A DNA stretch of 64,000 bases from positions 32,001-96,000 of the forward strand of contig JBHIEG010000002.1 of NCBI GenBank assembly GCA_046760505.1. Direction: 5' to 3'. The first letter of the stretch is position 1. Each line of letters starts with the position of its first letter. Positions 21,919-33,187 of this stretch are shown piece after piece. A program made the translations under genes and the position numbers. Source of the DNA: Candidatus Hydrothermarchaeota archaeon (GTDB lineage: Archaea; CAYFZR01). The notes beneath the pieces are model-generated. The model saw nothing but the letters and a program-made list of their open reading frames with translations. It made no database searches and was not told where the DNA came from.

Positions 21919-22905
21919 ATGAGGAGGAGCGTAAAAGGATTTTTACTGGTTATAATAATTTCTACTGTGCTTTTCTCTGGTTGTACAGCGAAACCACCAG
22001 AAAAACCAGAGAAGGTAAAAGTTAGGCTAGGATACTTAACCGCAGACCTGCACCAGCTAGCATACTATGTAGCAAAGAAGAAAGGCTGGTACGAAGAAGC
22101 AGGAATAGAAGTAATTCCTGTTGAATACATAAACGGAGCCTTTGAAATGGATGGTTTTAAGGCAAATGAGATAGATGTGGGTTATCTAGGTACTGCGCCA
22201 GCCACCATTAAGCATGCTAACCTAGACATACCAATCCAGATTCTCGCTCAGGTGAACAATGAAGGCTCTGCAATAGTCGTGGGAAAGGATAAGGGCATAA
22301 AATCTGTAAAGGATTTGAAAGGAAAGAACATAGGAATACCTGGTCCAGGAACAGTACAGCATTTTCTCTTATTGAAAGCACTTTCCCAAGTAGGATTAGA
22401 ATCTAAAGATGTATCATTAGTTTATCCAATGCCTGGAAAAAGCATGTTAGACAACCTAAAAACAGGCACAATAGATGCGTTCGTAGGATGGGAACCTTTT
22501 AACGCCGCAGCAGTAGAAGGGGGATATGGCGAAATATTGATAACTTCCCACGAAATATGGCCAAGCCACCCTTGCTGTGTACTAGCGACAAGGATGGATT
22601 TCAAGAGAAATAATCCAGAAACAATTCAAAAGCTCGTAGATATCCACGTCAGAGCAACGAAATGGATAAAAGAAAATCCTGAGGAAGCGGTCAGGTATGG
22701 GGTTGAATTTACAGGAAGAAGCGAAGAAGCAGTGAGACTGGCTATGAAAAACATAGACTTCGCCTACGAGCCAAATGAGGAGGGAACAAAAACTTATCTG
22801 ACCGAACTGCTAGAATTCGGAATTATAAAACAAGAGAAGGTTCCAGACAAGGATCAATTTATCAGAGATTTCTTTGATAAAAGTTTCGTCGAAAAAACAT
22901 CCTAA
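21919..22905 (+). CDS. ABC transporter substrate-binding lipoprotein (nitrate/sulfonate/bicarbonate, NMT1-like)
   Basis: Lipobox LFSGC, GYLG.AP, WEPF and HPCC motifs; GGAGGTGA RBS. Confidence 0.88.
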   Translation: MRRSVKGFLLVIIISTVLFSGCTAKPPEKPEKVKVRLGYLTADLHQLAYYVAKKKGWYEEAGIEVIPVEYINGAFEMDGFKANEIDVGYLGTAPATIKHANLDIPIQILAQVNNEGSAIVVGKDKGIKSVKDLKGKNIGIPGPGTVQHFLLLKALSQVGLESKDVSLVYPMPGKSMLDNLKTGTIDAFVGWEPFNAAAVEGGYGEILITSHEIWPSHPCCVLATRMDFKRNNPETIQKLVDIHVRATKWIKENPEEAVRYGVEFTGRSEEAVRLAMKNIDFAYEPNEEGTKTYLTELLEFGIIKQEKVPDKDQFIRDFFDKSFVEKTS

Positions 22906-22930
22906 TCCTTTTTTATTTTTTGGTGATTCA

Positions 22931-23725
22931 ATGCCAATAAAAATAGAGAAAACAACAAAGTGGGTTTCCCCAGTTATAGCGATCTTTCTATGGGAGATAC
23001 TTGCTATCTTAATTTCAGATCCATCAATTTTACCCTATCCCCTTGAAACGTTTAAGTTTTGGTATAAACTAGCGGTAGAAGGTTATATGGGAAATACACT
23101 TTTTCAGCATACAACAATGAGTCTTATCAGGGTTTTGCTAGGATTTACCATGGCAAGCATTATAGCAATTCCGATGGGCATAATTATGGGCTGGATAAGG
23201 TATGCAGAAAGTGCATTGGGAACGATTATAGAAACTTTAAGACCTATCCCTCCTTTGGCATGGATACCTCTGGTTTTGCTGTGGTTTGGAGGAACGAGTA
23301 TTCTCTCGCAGGCGATAATCATTTTTATCGGGGCATTCTTTCCAATACTCCTGAATACAATTTCTGGAGTGAAGAGCACGCCAAAAATACTGGTAGAGGC
23401 AGCCTATACTCTTGGGACAAACGAGAAAGAGCTGGTGAGAAAAGTTGTGATCCCTTCTTCTTTACCCTATGTGATAACAGGTCTCCGCATCGGGCTGGGC
23501 ATTGGTTGGATGTGTCTCGTAGCCGCTGAATTCATGGGGGTAAAAAACGGTTTAGGCTTAGGAGCAATGATGATATTTTTCCATGGCGCCGGTATTCCGG
23601 AAGGGATAATAGTTGGAATGCTAATGATAGGTATAATAGGATTAATAATGAACGAGATAGTTATATTTGTGGAGAAAAGAACTCTGGTATGGAGAGAGGA
23701 GGTCGGTTTGAGATTGGGAGTATAA
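22931..23725 (+). CDS. ABC transporter permease (SsuC/TauC-like)
   Basis: [13 protein letters not shown] loop (VEAAYTLG) and W..LVAAE; start reassigned to ATG 22931. Confidence 0.9.
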   Translation: MPIKIEKTTKWVSPVIAIFLWEILAILISDPSILPYPLETFKFWYKLAVEGYMGNTLFQHTTMSLIRVLLGFTMASIIAIPMGIIMGWIRYAESALGTIIETLRPIPPLAWIPLVLLWFGGTSILSQAIIIFIGAFFPILLNTISGVKSTPKILVEAAYTLGTNEKELVRKVVIPSSLPYVITGLRIGLGIGWMCLVAAEFMGVKNGLGLGAMMIFFHGAGIPEGIIVGMLMIGIIGLIMNEIVIFVEKRTLVWREEVGLRLGV

Positions 23726-24483
23726 GGCTAGAGAACATCTCAAAGGTATTCGTTGACGAAGATGGAGAAGAAGTTCTGGCCTTAAAGAATGTTTCATTTG
23801 AAGTTAATGACGGCGAATTTGTTTGTATTGTAGGTCCAAGCGGATGCGGTAAGACAACTCTACTTAGAATAGCAGCTGGCTTAGAAAAACCCACTGCTGG
23901 GAAGGTATATTTAGATGGAAAAGAGGTAAAAGGTCCTGGCTCGGAAAGAGGAATGGTTTTCCAAGAATATGCTCTTTTTCCCTGGAGAACTGTTAAAAAG
24001 AATATAGAATTTGGTCTTGAATTGAAAAATGTACCTAAAAAAGAAAGAGAAGAAATCATAAAGAGATACGTCGATCTGGTAGGGCTCAACGGATTTGAAA
24101 GCAGTTATCCTCATGAACTATCGGGTGGCATGAAGCAAAGAGTCGCTTTAGCGAGAGTCCTAGCAAACGATCCCGATGTTCTCTTGATGGACGAGCCTTT
24201 TGGTGCTTTAGATGCTCAAACGAGAAATGTGATGCAGGAAGAATTGCTGAGAGTATGGCAAAAAGCAAGAAAAACCGTCCTTTTTGTAACCCACAGCGTG
24301 GACGAAGCTGTTTATCTAGGTGATAAGGTAGTTGTCCTTACCGCAAGACCAGGAGAGGTTAAAGGTATCTTTGAGATCAATGTCCCGAGACCCAGGAATA
24401 GAACTGCCTGCGAACCCATTGTGCTTACAAGGGCAAAGATCCTTGATATACTAACGGAAGAAGTTAAAAAAACCCTGATTTAG
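23689..24483 (+). CDS. ABC transporter ATP-binding protein (SsuB/TauB-like)
   Basis: [25 protein letters not shown] and VTHS motifs. Confidence 0.95.
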   Translation: MERGGRFEIGSIRLENISKVFVDEDGEEVLALKNVSFEVNDGEFVCIVGPSGCGKTTLLRIAAGLEKPTAGKVYLDGKEVKGPGSERGMVFQEYALFPWRTVKKNIEFGLELKNVPKKEREEIIKRYVDLVGLNGFESSYPHELSGGMKQRVALARVLANDPDVLLMDEPFGALDAQTRNVMQEELLRVWQKARKTVLFVTHSVDEAVYLGDKVVVLTARPGEVKGIFEINVPRPRNRTACEPIVLTRAKILDILTEEVKKTLI

Positions 24484-26042
24484 GCTTTAAACAAAATTAT
24501 TTCGGCTGTTTTTGAGTCTATCCACCTGACGTGAATTAAATCGTCTCTCAACTTTGAGACATAGTCATACTTAGATAAAACTATAGAACCTGCTCTCGTC
24601 CCGTATCTGTCGCTTCCTGCCACCACAACGATATCGCCATCTCCCAAAGGTTTTTCTAGGTAAGCTATAATCCCTTCTCCAGGCTTCATCTTGTTAAAGT
24701 CTACTTTTAACTTGCCTTTTTCAATCAAAAGTTTGGTTATTTCATTTGCTTCGGGTCCGCCCACTAAGACGAGATTTTTATCGTATAATTCTTTTTCGCT
24801 TAACTCGTCGTCCAATCTTGCTACAGGCTCGACAAATCTGAATTCTCCAGTCTGTCTTTGCAGTGTCAAGGTTTCACCAATTTTGGCTTCGTATACTTCT
24901 TCATCTATCCTAAGATCCACGTAATCTTTATGAATTTTTTCAAGCAAAATTTTAGAGCCAAATTCTATCTCATCTCCCTCTTCAAGTTCTACTCTTTTTT
25001 CTCCCAATCTCTCAACATGCCAACGAGCAAGATCATCTATGCGCTCATCAAAGACTATTTTAGTTCCATCAATAAATTTGACGTAATCATTCTCCTCCAA
25101 TAACTGAGCAGTTTTCTTAATTAATGATATCTCATCTTTTTTTAGGACGTACTCATAACCCGCGTCAAAATCGTCTCCGTCGTATATTCTCCTATCTTTC
25201 TGGTAAACCCTTATCTGGGCCTTGTAGTCTCCAACTACTGATCTAAAAGTACCCAGAAGCTCAATATAAATGTCTTCATAATTGAAAGGTCTTTCTAATC
25301 TTATTACGTCTTCAATCAGTAACTTATCATGCTTGTAAAGTCTAAAGGATGCGGACTCGGTCCTCGTATTAATTCCAGTTATCTCTAATTGGTATCCATC
25401 GAATGATTTCGTTTGATGTAGCGGTATGAGATCCTCTAATAATATCTTTCCGGTCGTCATATGCTCTTCTGGCTCGTAATCAACCAAATAAAGTTCTTTA
25501 TCCAATATCTTAATCCTCGTTGGCAACAAGTTATATACATTATCAGAAAACTCTAAAGTATAGGTAAAATCATCCACTTTCAATTCTCTGCCATCATATT
25601 TTATTCTAAAAGAGATTTTTTCTTTCTCTTCGAATTCTTCTTTATTTTCTGTTTCCAATTTAATTTCCTTTAAGGAAGGTAACTCCTCCTGAGTAAGCTC
25701 CTCAAGTCTGTATCCGTTCTTCTCGATTTTTCTATCAGTTGAGGAAACAGCAGCCTCTATATGCAATTCTGCCGTATCGCTGTCTATATCAATTAATTCA
25801 AGGGTCCCTATTTTCTTCCATGTGCTGAGAAAATAGAATCCCTTTATTATGTTTATTGCACTTATTGAATCCATGGGGGGGCTATTTTTCCCTATAACTA
25901 TAATCGAGTTCTGTTCACTTCCCTTTACGAAAGGGCTCGGATAATCTGAGAGATCGTAGGCAAATGAGGATGAAAGCAGGCAAGGTATCAGGAGTGAGAT
26001 GATGAGTAATCTTAGGTTCATGGAGGAATACAACTCAACCAT
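24480..26042 (-). CDS. S-layer family protein
   Basis: Signal peptide; N-terminal DLSDYP.PF..IVIG....D..SA and C-terminal [19 protein letters not shown] halves of the archaeal S-layer domain around an acidic beta-rich insert. Confidence 0.8.
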   Translation of the reverse strand: MVELYSSMNLRLLIISLLIPCLLSSSFAYDLSDYPSPFVKGSEQNSIIVIGKNSPPMDSISAINIIKGFYFLSTWKKIGTLELIDIDSDTAELHIEAAVSSTDRKIEKNGYRLEELTQEELPSLKEIKLETENKEEFEEKEKISFRIKYDGRELKVDDFTYTLEFSDNVYNLLPTRIKILDKELYLVDYEPEEHMTTGKILLEDLIPLHQTKSFDGYQLEITGINTRTESASFRLYKHDKLLIEDVIRLERPFNYEDIYIELLGTFRSVVGDYKAQIRVYQKDRRIYDGDDFDAGYEYVLKKDEISLIKKTAQLLEENDYVKFIDGTKIVFDERIDDLARWHVERLGEKRVELEEGDEIEFGSKILLEKIHKDYVDLRIDEEVYEAKIGETLTLQRQTGEFRFVEPVARLDDELSEKELYDKNLVLVGGPEANEITKLLIEKGKLKVDFNKMKPGEGIIAYLEKPLGDGDIVVVAGSDRYGTRAGSIVLSKYDYVSKLRDDLIHVRWIDSKTAEIILFKA

Positions 26043-26065
26043 GTATATAATTTTAATGTTTCTAA

Positions 26066-26551
26066 TTAGCCGAATTTGTACCCTATCTTCCTTAAGAATT
26101 CCTTTCTCTTTTCAATGTCTTCTTCTTCCTCTACACCTTTTGGTGGAAAACCATCTATAACCCCTAAAATTCCCCTTCCTTGCTCCGTCTCAGCTATTAC
26201 AACTTGAAGAGGATTTGCGGTTGCACAATAAATCGAACAGACTTCTGGAACGCTTTTTATGGTGTTCAGTATGTTAATCGGAAATCCTTCTCTCATGAAT
26301 ATGATAAAAATGTGACCACACCCGAGTTTTAGTGCGTTTTCCTCTGCTATCTTTTTCAATTCTTCATCGTTACCTACACTTCTGATGAGACAAGGACCCG
26401 AAGCCTCGGAAAAGGCGATGCCAAACTTGCTGTTTGGAATCGTATTCATGAAAGCCTCGTACAGGTCTTCTATTGTTTTTATAAAATGAGTTTGTCCCAA
26501 TATAACATTACATCCCTCAGGAATCTTTATTTCTTCAATTTTAAGTTCCAC
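26066..26551 (-). CDS. adenosine-specific kinase family protein (DUF355/COG1839)
   Basis: [27 protein letters not shown] and [10 protein letters not shown]; start reassigned to GTG 26551 after an AGGAGG RBS. Confidence 0.88.
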   Translation of the reverse strand: MELKIEEIKIPEGCNVILGQTHFIKTIEDLYEAFMNTIPNSKFGIAFSEASGPCLIRSVGNDEELKKIAEENALKLGCGHIFIIFMREGFPINILNTIKSVPEVCSIYCATANPLQVVIAETEQGRGILGVIDGFPPKGVEEEEDIEKRKEFLRKIGYKFG

Positions 26552-26696
26552 AGGACCACCCCTCCTGATTAATAGAAAAATGATATAAATAATTTTCAGT
26601 GATTGATAAGTCCAAATCATTTATTTGTTTTATTCTCGGTTTTATCGTCTGACAATCGTCTTAAACACATTTATATACCTGTTTTTAAAAATCTAA

Positions 26697-27176
26697 ATGA
26701 TAAAAGGGATTAATATGCTAAAAGAACATCAATTAGTTGAATGTGAATGCAAGAATAAACTTTTCAACCATTACTGCCTGAAATGCAATCTCGAGGTTGA
26801 ATCAGACTTAAGAGAATTCAGAAAAAAACTACTGGATTGTTCTTTTGAACTAATTTTCAAATGCATAGAGAGGTATAAAGAAATTTATCGAATTTTAGAG
26901 CAAAAAGTTACCATTGAGGAATTGAACGAACTTGAGAAGGAATACAAAGATTTTTATGATGATATCAAAAATGGAAGGGTGAGTAAGGAAAAGGAAACTC
27001 TCTTTCTTGATCGCATAATCTTTAAACATATGAAAAGAATATTGAAACAAATGAATAGCGAACTTTATACCTATCTAAAGGAAAATTCAGACATATTGGA
27101 GGGATATACTGACGAGAGAGCAAAATATCTCTGGAATCTCATCGACGGCATGGTTGGAAAAAGTATCATTTGGTAA
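26697..27176 (+). CDS. hypothetical protein with N-terminal Cys cluster (possible Zn finger)
   Basis: CEC...HYCLKC followed by a helical region. Confidence 0.6.
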   Translation: MIKGINMLKEHQLVECECKNKLFNHYCLKCNLEVESDLREFRKKLLDCSFELIFKCIERYKEIYRILEQKVTIEELNELEKEYKDFYDDIKNGRVSKEKETLFLDRIIFKHMKRILKQMNSELYTYLKENSDILEGYTDERAKYLWNLIDGMVGKSIIW

Positions 27177-27224
27177 CTGAATATTTTACCTAAAGAATTA
27201 AAATAATACCTCCATATTAAATTC

Positions 27225-27965
27225 ATGTTTGTCACCATTTTGGGAACCGGAGTTTTGATTCCCGAGCAGAACCGGGCACAGGCAGGTATCCTTGTAGAAT
27301 CAGAGGATACTCTGGTTTTGTTTGACTGCGGGAATGGTGTTCTGAAAAGAATAATCCAAGCAGGATATGACCACGAAGATATACAGCACGTGTTCATTTC
27401 GCACATTCACATAGATCATACGAGCGATATACCGCCTCTCTTGGGAGCTAATTTTTTAAAAGGAAAGCTTGATTTTAAATTGTACGGACCAAAGGGCACA
27501 AAAGACTGGCTAACTAAGATACTCGAAGCATACGACTACATTGAGAGAATAAACTTCCAAGTCAATGAAATAAAGGATGAAGAACTCATCGAATTGGGAG
27601 ACCTTAGGATAAGATGCAGATATGTTTCTCACGGAGTTCCTTCCCTAGGCTTTAGAATTGAATGCGACTCTTCCATGGTTTATTCAGGCGATACAGAAAC
27701 ATGCAACGGGATGAGAGATCTATGTTCGAAGAAAACAGATTTGTTGATTCACGAATGCTCTTTCCTGGATGATTTTCCCCGCAGATACGGACACACGACG
27801 CCTTCTGCCCTATCTGAATTTTTAAAGAATTTGAATGTAAGCTCTTTGATCGTTACCCACATTTATCCAGAATCAAGACACGAAGAGCTTATAATCAAAG
27901 CCATAAGGAAGAATTATCAGAATGAATTAATGATCGGTGAGGATCTGCTCAGGGTAGAAATATAA
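27225..27965 (+). CDS. metallo-beta-lactamase fold hydrolase, RNase Z-like
   Basis: LGTG, DCG, SHIHIDH, YSGDT, HECS, GHT and THIY motifs. Confidence 0.88.
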   Translation: MFVTILGTGVLIPEQNRAQAGILVESEDTLVLFDCGNGVLKRIIQAGYDHEDIQHVFISHIHIDHTSDIPPLLGANFLKGKLDFKLYGPKGTKDWLTKILEAYDYIERINFQVNEIKDEELIELGDLRIRCRYVSHGVPSLGFRIECDSSMVYSGDTETCNGMRDLCSKKTDLLIHECSFLDDFPRRYGHTTPSALSEFLKNLNVSSLIVTHIYPESRHEELIIKAIRKNYQNELMIGEDLLRVEI

Positions 27966-28696
27966 TGGATGCAGTAATCTTGGCCGCTGGAAAGGGAAAA
28001 AGACTCATGCCAATAACTGAAAGGATTGCAAAACCTCTTTTACCAATAGATGGTAAGCCAGTAATAGAGCAAATAGTTATTTCTTTAAAAAAATTGGGTT
28101 TTAAACGTATTTTTATAATAATCGGACATCTTGGAAACCAAATAGAAAAATATCTTGGAAACGGATCGAAGTATAATATAAAGATAGAGTACAGAAGACA
28201 GGTTCCTCTGGGGACCGCTCATGCACTGAGATGCGTAGAAAATGATATAAAGGGAGACTTTCTGGTAACAGCAAGTGATTCCATATTCCCTTTAAGCCAT
28301 ATCAGAGACTTGGTTAAGAAACATAAGAAAGAGAGATGCGATGCGACGATAAGCCTAAAAAAAGTAAATATTAAAGATATACCATCCATGAGTACCGTAA
28401 CTCTGCAAGGAGACAGAATCTTAAAGATAGTAGAAAAGCCAAAAAAAGGACAAGTGTTGAGCAACATTTCCGCATCCCCCCTATATGTTTTTGGCGATGT
28501 TGTTTTTGATTTCTTAAAAGATGTAAGAATATCTGAAAGAGGAGAATACGAGTTACAGGACGCTATTCAAAAAATGATTGATTCTAACTTATGTGTAAAG
28601 GGGGTATTTTCTGAGAAATGGAAGCATCTTACAGATATAAACGATCTGATCGAACTGAACTTTCCTTATCTCATAGAATTCATGAAAGATCTGTAG
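27965..28696 (+). CDS. sugar-phosphate nucleotidyltransferase
   Basis: ILAAGKGKRL.P, KPL, LGTAHA, EKP and RGEYELQD motifs. Confidence 0.9.
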   Translation: MDAVILAAGKGKRLMPITERIAKPLLPIDGKPVIEQIVISLKKLGFKRIFIIIGHLGNQIEKYLGNGSKYNIKIEYRRQVPLGTAHALRCVENDIKGDFLVTASDSIFPLSHIRDLVKKHKKERCDATISLKKVNIKDIPSMSTVTLQGDRILKIVEKPKKGQVLSNISASPLYVFGDVVFDFLKDVRISERGEYELQDAIQKMIDSNLCVKGVFSEKWKHLTDINDLIELNFPYLIEFMKDL

Positions 28697-28748
28697 GTGC
28701 GCTTTCGTATTTCAGCCTATTATGTTTAAGTAGTATTGAAATTAAGGT

Positions 28749-30299
28749 ATGCACATGAACTTAATAAAGCTCTTGTCGGGTTTATTGCTACTTATTACTT
28801 CCTACCTTGCTGGTGAAAGCCTGATTTTCAAAAAAGTTTCACTTTTAAATCCTTACTTTGATAATCTGTTATTTGCATTTGCAATTGTATTTCCTATTTT
28901 TTTCTTCTCTAGGAAAGATGGGGAAATAAAGGAAAACAATGATTTTATATTGATTTTTTTAACTGTTTTTTCTCTCATATTCAGACTTTTTTTTAGAAGT
29001 AAGGGTCTTCTGCATATGGATTCTATTGCGTACATAGGGTCAGCAAAAGGACTTATAGAATCAGGAAGGCTGCAATACGCCCATTCTCCGGGCTATCCGG
29101 GTGTAGGAATTATATTTGGGCTCTCTAATCTCTTCTTGGATCTTCCAATGGATAGAGTTTCAATATACACGTGTGCAATAATTGGATCTTTATCTGTTCC
29201 TTTGATGTATCTTTTTGCCTTTAGATTTACCAAAAACAAGAGAATTGGCCTCATTACAGCTCTACTTCTTATGGTAAATCCCTTACACTGGTCTCTGAGC
29301 GAGCAAGCCTTGGGCGACGTCCTCTCTTTTTTCTTCTTAGTTTTTAGTGCTTATATGCTTACCTTCAATAATAGGGTAAGGATACTAAGCGCGCTGGTAT
29401 TTGGAGTAGCCATTGCCATTAGATTGACAAACATATTGTTCTTTCCGTTTTATCTCTTTTTGCTCGTGAGAGAAAGAAAAATTAATTATATTCTAGCAGG
29501 CTCTATTTTAAGCCTAACAGGATTTTTTTTCTACATTCCTGCATACCTCATGCATGGATTTGAGTACTTCTTAAGCCCAGTAGTTTATAACAGGTTTTTC
29601 CCAAAGTTGTTTCTTTCAATAAAAGACTATCTCTTGGACATTTTTTGTGTTTCCCTTAGCACAGCTTTCATTCCTCTCACCCTATTTGGAATAGCAATAA
29701 TTTTGAGGGACAGGAAATACTTCCATCTTACTGCTTTGGCTCTATGGATTTTTCCATACTTCTTTTACTTCGGAAATATAATCACCTTTTCTGCGAGATT
29801 TTTCCTCCCGATTATTGCTCCACTCTTGCTCTTAATGGCCGTTAGTCTAAGTAAAATAGAGAAAAAAGCAGGGATGCTTCTTGTCCTCTTTATAATTACA
29901 CAATCTATGGGTTATATTTATCCTGTTTTAGATTCACGTGCAACTCATTCTTATCAGGAGGAATTCGCCCTTTTTGTAAAAAATAACACTGAAGAAGACT
30001 CATTAATCATTGTAAGTGAGGAAAGAGCCTTTATTAGCTATTATGGAAACAGAACCACAATTCCTACAAACGTATCGTTAACAGAATCATATCTCAAGGA
30101 GGGAAAACCAGTCTACTTGATCTCCAGTGCATTTTTCACAAGAGGAGGAAGAGAAAAAGAAGAGAAATTTAAAGAAAATTTTAACTTTACATTAATTGGA
30201 ACTAAATTAAACGAAGATTTTCACCATAAATCCATATATTCTGGATTTTTCGATGAGTATCTCTATGAATTAAAATTAAAGAATACCACAAAAAGTTAG
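28749..30299 (+). CDS. GT-C (PMT/ArnT-like) membrane glycosyltransferase
   Basis: More than 10 TM segments, DS..Y loop, HSPGYP, ALLL.VNPLHW and RF.LP. Confidence 0.75.
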   Translation: MHMNLIKLLSGLLLLITSYLAGESLIFKKVSLLNPYFDNLLFAFAIVFPIFFFSRKDGEIKENNDFILIFLTVFSLIFRLFFRSKGLLHMDSIAYIGSAKGLIESGRLQYAHSPGYPGVGIIFGLSNLFLDLPMDRVSIYTCAIIGSLSVPLMYLFAFRFTKNKRIGLITALLLMVNPLHWSLSEQALGDVLSFFFLVFSAYMLTFNNRVRILSALVFGVAIAIRLTNILFFPFYLFLLVRERKINYILAGSILSLTGFFFYIPAYLMHGFEYFLSPVVYNRFFPKLFLSIKDYLLDIFCVSLSTAFIPLTLFGIAIILRDRKYFHLTALALWIFPYFFYFGNIITFSARFFLPIIAPLLLLMAVSLSKIEKKAGMLLVLFIITQSMGYIYPVLDSRATHSYQEEFALFVKNNTEEDSLIIVSEERAFISYYGNRTTIPTNVSLTESYLKEGKPVYLISSAFFTRGGREKEEKFKENFNFTLIGTKLNEDFHHKSIYSGFFDEYLYELKLKNTTKS

Positions 30300-30321
30300 G
30301 TTGGGGTTTGATGAAAATGGT

Positions 30322-30984
30322 CTATTTTTTCATCTTCCTTGATATGAAGAATGCTCCGATTATCACTAAGAATACAACTAACATTATTCCAACGTAGTTG
30401 GTTGGAAAGTTACCTGTATTTTCATCTCTTTCATACGTAAACTCGATCCTCGGATCCACCAGTTCATAGTACCATATCTCATTGTCTGTTCTAAAGTCAT
30501 AATCTGGAGAAACAGAAAGAATTTTCACATTCTTGGGGAAAATATAAATTCTTTTAGTCTGAAGGTAGTATCCCTGTCTAATGCCGCTTTCCAGCCTTCC
30601 ACTTCCGAACAAAACGTATTTTTCATCTTCCTTTCTCACGTAGTTCTCTAGGTTATACCAAACTTCCGCTATGTATTCTCTATTTCCAGGAGAAATGTCA
30701 GCGGTAAACTTCATGGTAAAATTTTTTACAATGACCCCCCTCTTGCTCCAAGCATCCTTCAAATCTTTTAGAGACTTTCCGCTGTTATATTCGTTTTTCA
30801 TTTTTTCTAGCTTTCTATAAGCATCGGGCTCGGATGGAGGAGTATCTGGTATGATAGAGAATTTTCCGTAATACGAGACAATTCCATTCTCATGGATCGT
30901 ATAAGTCCCCGAATACTCGTACAGTAATTTAGATGTGGTCGGTATGGCAGATAATGCTAAAAAGATGAGGAGTAATCTTTTCAT
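30322..30984 (-). CDS. secreted protein with C-terminal membrane anchor
   Basis: Signal peptide, beta-rich core (FP.NVKILSVSP), TM helix plus basic tail. Confidence 0.7.
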   Translation of the reverse strand: MKRLLLIFLALSAIPTTSKLLYEYSGTYTIHENGIVSYYGKFSIIPDTPPSEPDAYRKLEKMKNEYNSGKSLKDLKDAWSKRGVIVKNFTMKFTADISPGNREYIAEVWYNLENYVRKEDEKYVLFGSGRLESGIRQGYYLQTKRIYIFPKNVKILSVSPDYDFRTDNEIWYYELVDPRIEFTYERDENTGNFPTNYVGIMLVVFLVIIGAFFISRKMKK

Positions 30985-31045
30985 GTGACCATAACTATTA
31001 CTGCATATTTAAAAGCATTTTGGTATCAGATATAAAAACTCAACT

Positions 31046-31321
31046 TTAATCCATTGGCTTGAGTCCGGTTAATCTGTTCCTTATTATTGCGAGTTCATCT
31101 GTTGTTAAAGAAAAGTCTGAGCGCAACATAAAGAACTTGTTTTCAATATAACTTACATGGTTCCATAACAATAAGTTTAGAAATAGGCTCAAACCAGCTA
31201 CCAGAATTAACTCCAGGCGGATGAATAGGTTATCCTCAATCGGGATGATTCTTAATTTCTGCAGTACAATAAAAAAGACAGATAAGATCACGATGAAGGG
31301 TAACTTTGCTCTCATAATCAA
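31046..31321 (-). CDS. small membrane protein
   Basis: Two TM segments; GGTGA RBS before ATG. Confidence 0.5.
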   Translation of the reverse strand: MIMRAKLPFIVILSVFFIVLQKLRIIPIEDNLFIRLELILVAGLSLFLNLLLWNHVSYIENKFFMLRSDFSLTTDELAIIRNRLTGLKPMD

Positions 31322-31392
31322 CCATATTAATCTAACTTTAATTATCGTTTTTGCTCAACTTCTGAATACAAAAAAATAACTGGATTTTTTTA

Positions 31393-32094
31393 TCAAATGC
31401 GTATCCGTTCAGCTTTCTTTAGGGCACTTACGGTAAGCTTGTGGTATCCAAAAACAGGCTTAATTATTATATCAGCTGCATTTATCCTCTCAAGGTTCAT
31501 GTCACCTAAAACATCCACTACAACGTGTCTTAATCCTTCTTCGCAGTAGCCTATTAAAACTGGCGTCCTTGCGTCGAGCATCTCTTCGTACCTCTTCTCC
31601 AGTGTATTGTATTCCACCGATGAGTCATGATGGACTACTCTCACGTTCAAGCCATCTTCTATTGATGCGGGGCGTATTTCTATGTATCCATCTTTAAATC
31701 TTTCCTTAACCCTGTTTTTTATAGTGAAATATTCGTCTTCTCTAAGTTCCTTCCTATTTTCAAGCAAAAGTCTCCAAACATCTCCTCCCGCTCTGCCATC
31801 TCCACTTCCAAGGACTACTGATGGAGAGAATCCATCTCTTACTGCATCTCTATGGGAGGGTCTCGAGGGGTCGAACGATGAGATTCCTCTGATATCACAG
31901 TACATGTTTAAAATTCGAAGGGTACCCAAAATATGCTCTACAAGATACGCCGCTTTTTTGTTCTCCCTCAAATCCACCCTTTCATATGCTTTTATGACCT
32001 TGCTTACGGATGGAACTATTCCGTTCAGGTATATTTCATTTGAGGGTTTAACCTCCAGAGTTTGGGTGGATATTGTTCCGCTAACTGTAAACAT
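31393..32094 (-). CDS. hypothetical protein
   Basis: 233 aa ORF with normal composition; no motif recognised. Confidence 0.6.
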   Translation of the reverse strand: MFTVSGTISTQTLEVKPSNEIYLNGIVPSVSKVIKAYERVDLRENKKAAYLVEHILGTLRILNMYCDIRGISSFDPSRPSHRDAVRDGFSPSVVLGSGDGRAGGDVWRLLLENRKELREDEYFTIKNRVKERFKDGYIEIRPASIEDGLNVRVVHHDSSVEYNTLEKRYEEMLDARTPVLIGYCEEGLRHVVVDVLGDMNLERINAADIIIKPVFGYHKLTVSALKKAERIRI

Positions 32095-32151
32095 CTTTAA
32101 TTCCCGGGATTAAACTTTTATATAATGTTTTATAAACTTTCTTCGAGAAAT

Positions 32152-33177
32152 ATGAATCCTCAGGTAATTCAAGAGATAGTTAAAAGTTTAAGAGATATAG
32201 AGGAGAAAAGGAGGCGTATCGGCGAAAAAATCCGATCTCTGAAAAACGACTTATCCAAATCTTTGATATTAAAGGTAAACCCGCATCCTCTAGACCGCTT
32301 AACCGTCTTGGGAGTTGATGGGTCTATTGTTTCTCACGAGTATCATGATCTCCTGCTAATTATGGTCAGGAGTATAGCGGTTTTTTTCTCTTTCGAAGAC
32401 AACACGCTGTCAGAATGCTTCTATTACCCCAATTCCACTCCAGAAATCGAAGTATGTCCGATATACGGTTTTCAATCGGATGAGATAAAGAGTATATCTT
32501 CCCAAAGGAGGTTGGAATCTGAGGTTAAAATGGCAATTGAAGCAATAGATGAATTCAAACCTGATATAATTTTACTTGATGGGTCTATAGTGCCTCAAAT
32601 ATCCGATAAGCCAAAGAAAAAATTAATAAGGCTGTATGAGAAATTATATGCAAGGTGTATGGATGATGGCCTGTCCTTGGCTGGTGTAATCGAGGACAGC
32701 AGGGGTACGAGGTTCGTAAATATGTTGCTGAACGAAATCATGCCAAATAAATTCAAAGACAAAGAAGAGTTCTTTCAAAAATCAAATGACACCAACATAT
32801 TGAACCATGTCCTCGATGCCGGAGAAAGGACATTCGGTTTTCCGTATTCTGATGCTCCAGGAGATCACCCGGTTTTGAAGGAATTTGATCCTGAATACGC
32901 AGGAAAAATTTACTCATTTTACATGAAAACAGTGGATTTTGATAGACCCCTCAGAGTAGAATACTTAAGACATGATAACGATGATTTCATAGCAGGAACA
33001 GTGTTCTCATTATCTATGTTTCATTCGGACTATGGCTTTCCCAGTATTTTAATAGAAGCCGATGAAAGAGTCAGAATCTCAAGGAAAGATCTAGACCACC
33101 TTTACAGAGTTCTCATAGAAGAACTCGGAGACATATCTTCAATTATGCGTATGAGGAGGGAAAGAAGACCATTTTAA
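32152..33177 (+). CDS. nurA: NurA 5'-3' nuclease
   Basis: GVDGS, LLDGSI and YGFPSILIEAD motifs; directly upstream of herA. Confidence 0.9.
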   Translation: MNPQVIQEIVKSLRDIEEKRRRIGEKIRSLKNDLSKSLILKVNPHPLDRLTVLGVDGSIVSHEYHDLLLIMVRSIAVFFSFEDNTLSECFYYPNSTPEIEVCPIYGFQSDEIKSISSQRRLESEVKMAIEAIDEFKPDIILLDGSIVPQISDKPKKKLIRLYEKLYARCMDDGLSLAGVIEDSRGTRFVNMLLNEIMPNKFKDKEEFFQKSNDTNILNHVLDAGERTFGFPYSDAPGDHPVLKEFDPEYAGKIYSFYMKTVDFDRPLRVEYLRHDNDDFIAGTVFSLSMFHSDYGFPSILIEADERVRISRKDLDHLYRVLIEELGDISSIMRMRRERRPF

Positions 33178-33187
33178 AGGTGATTGA

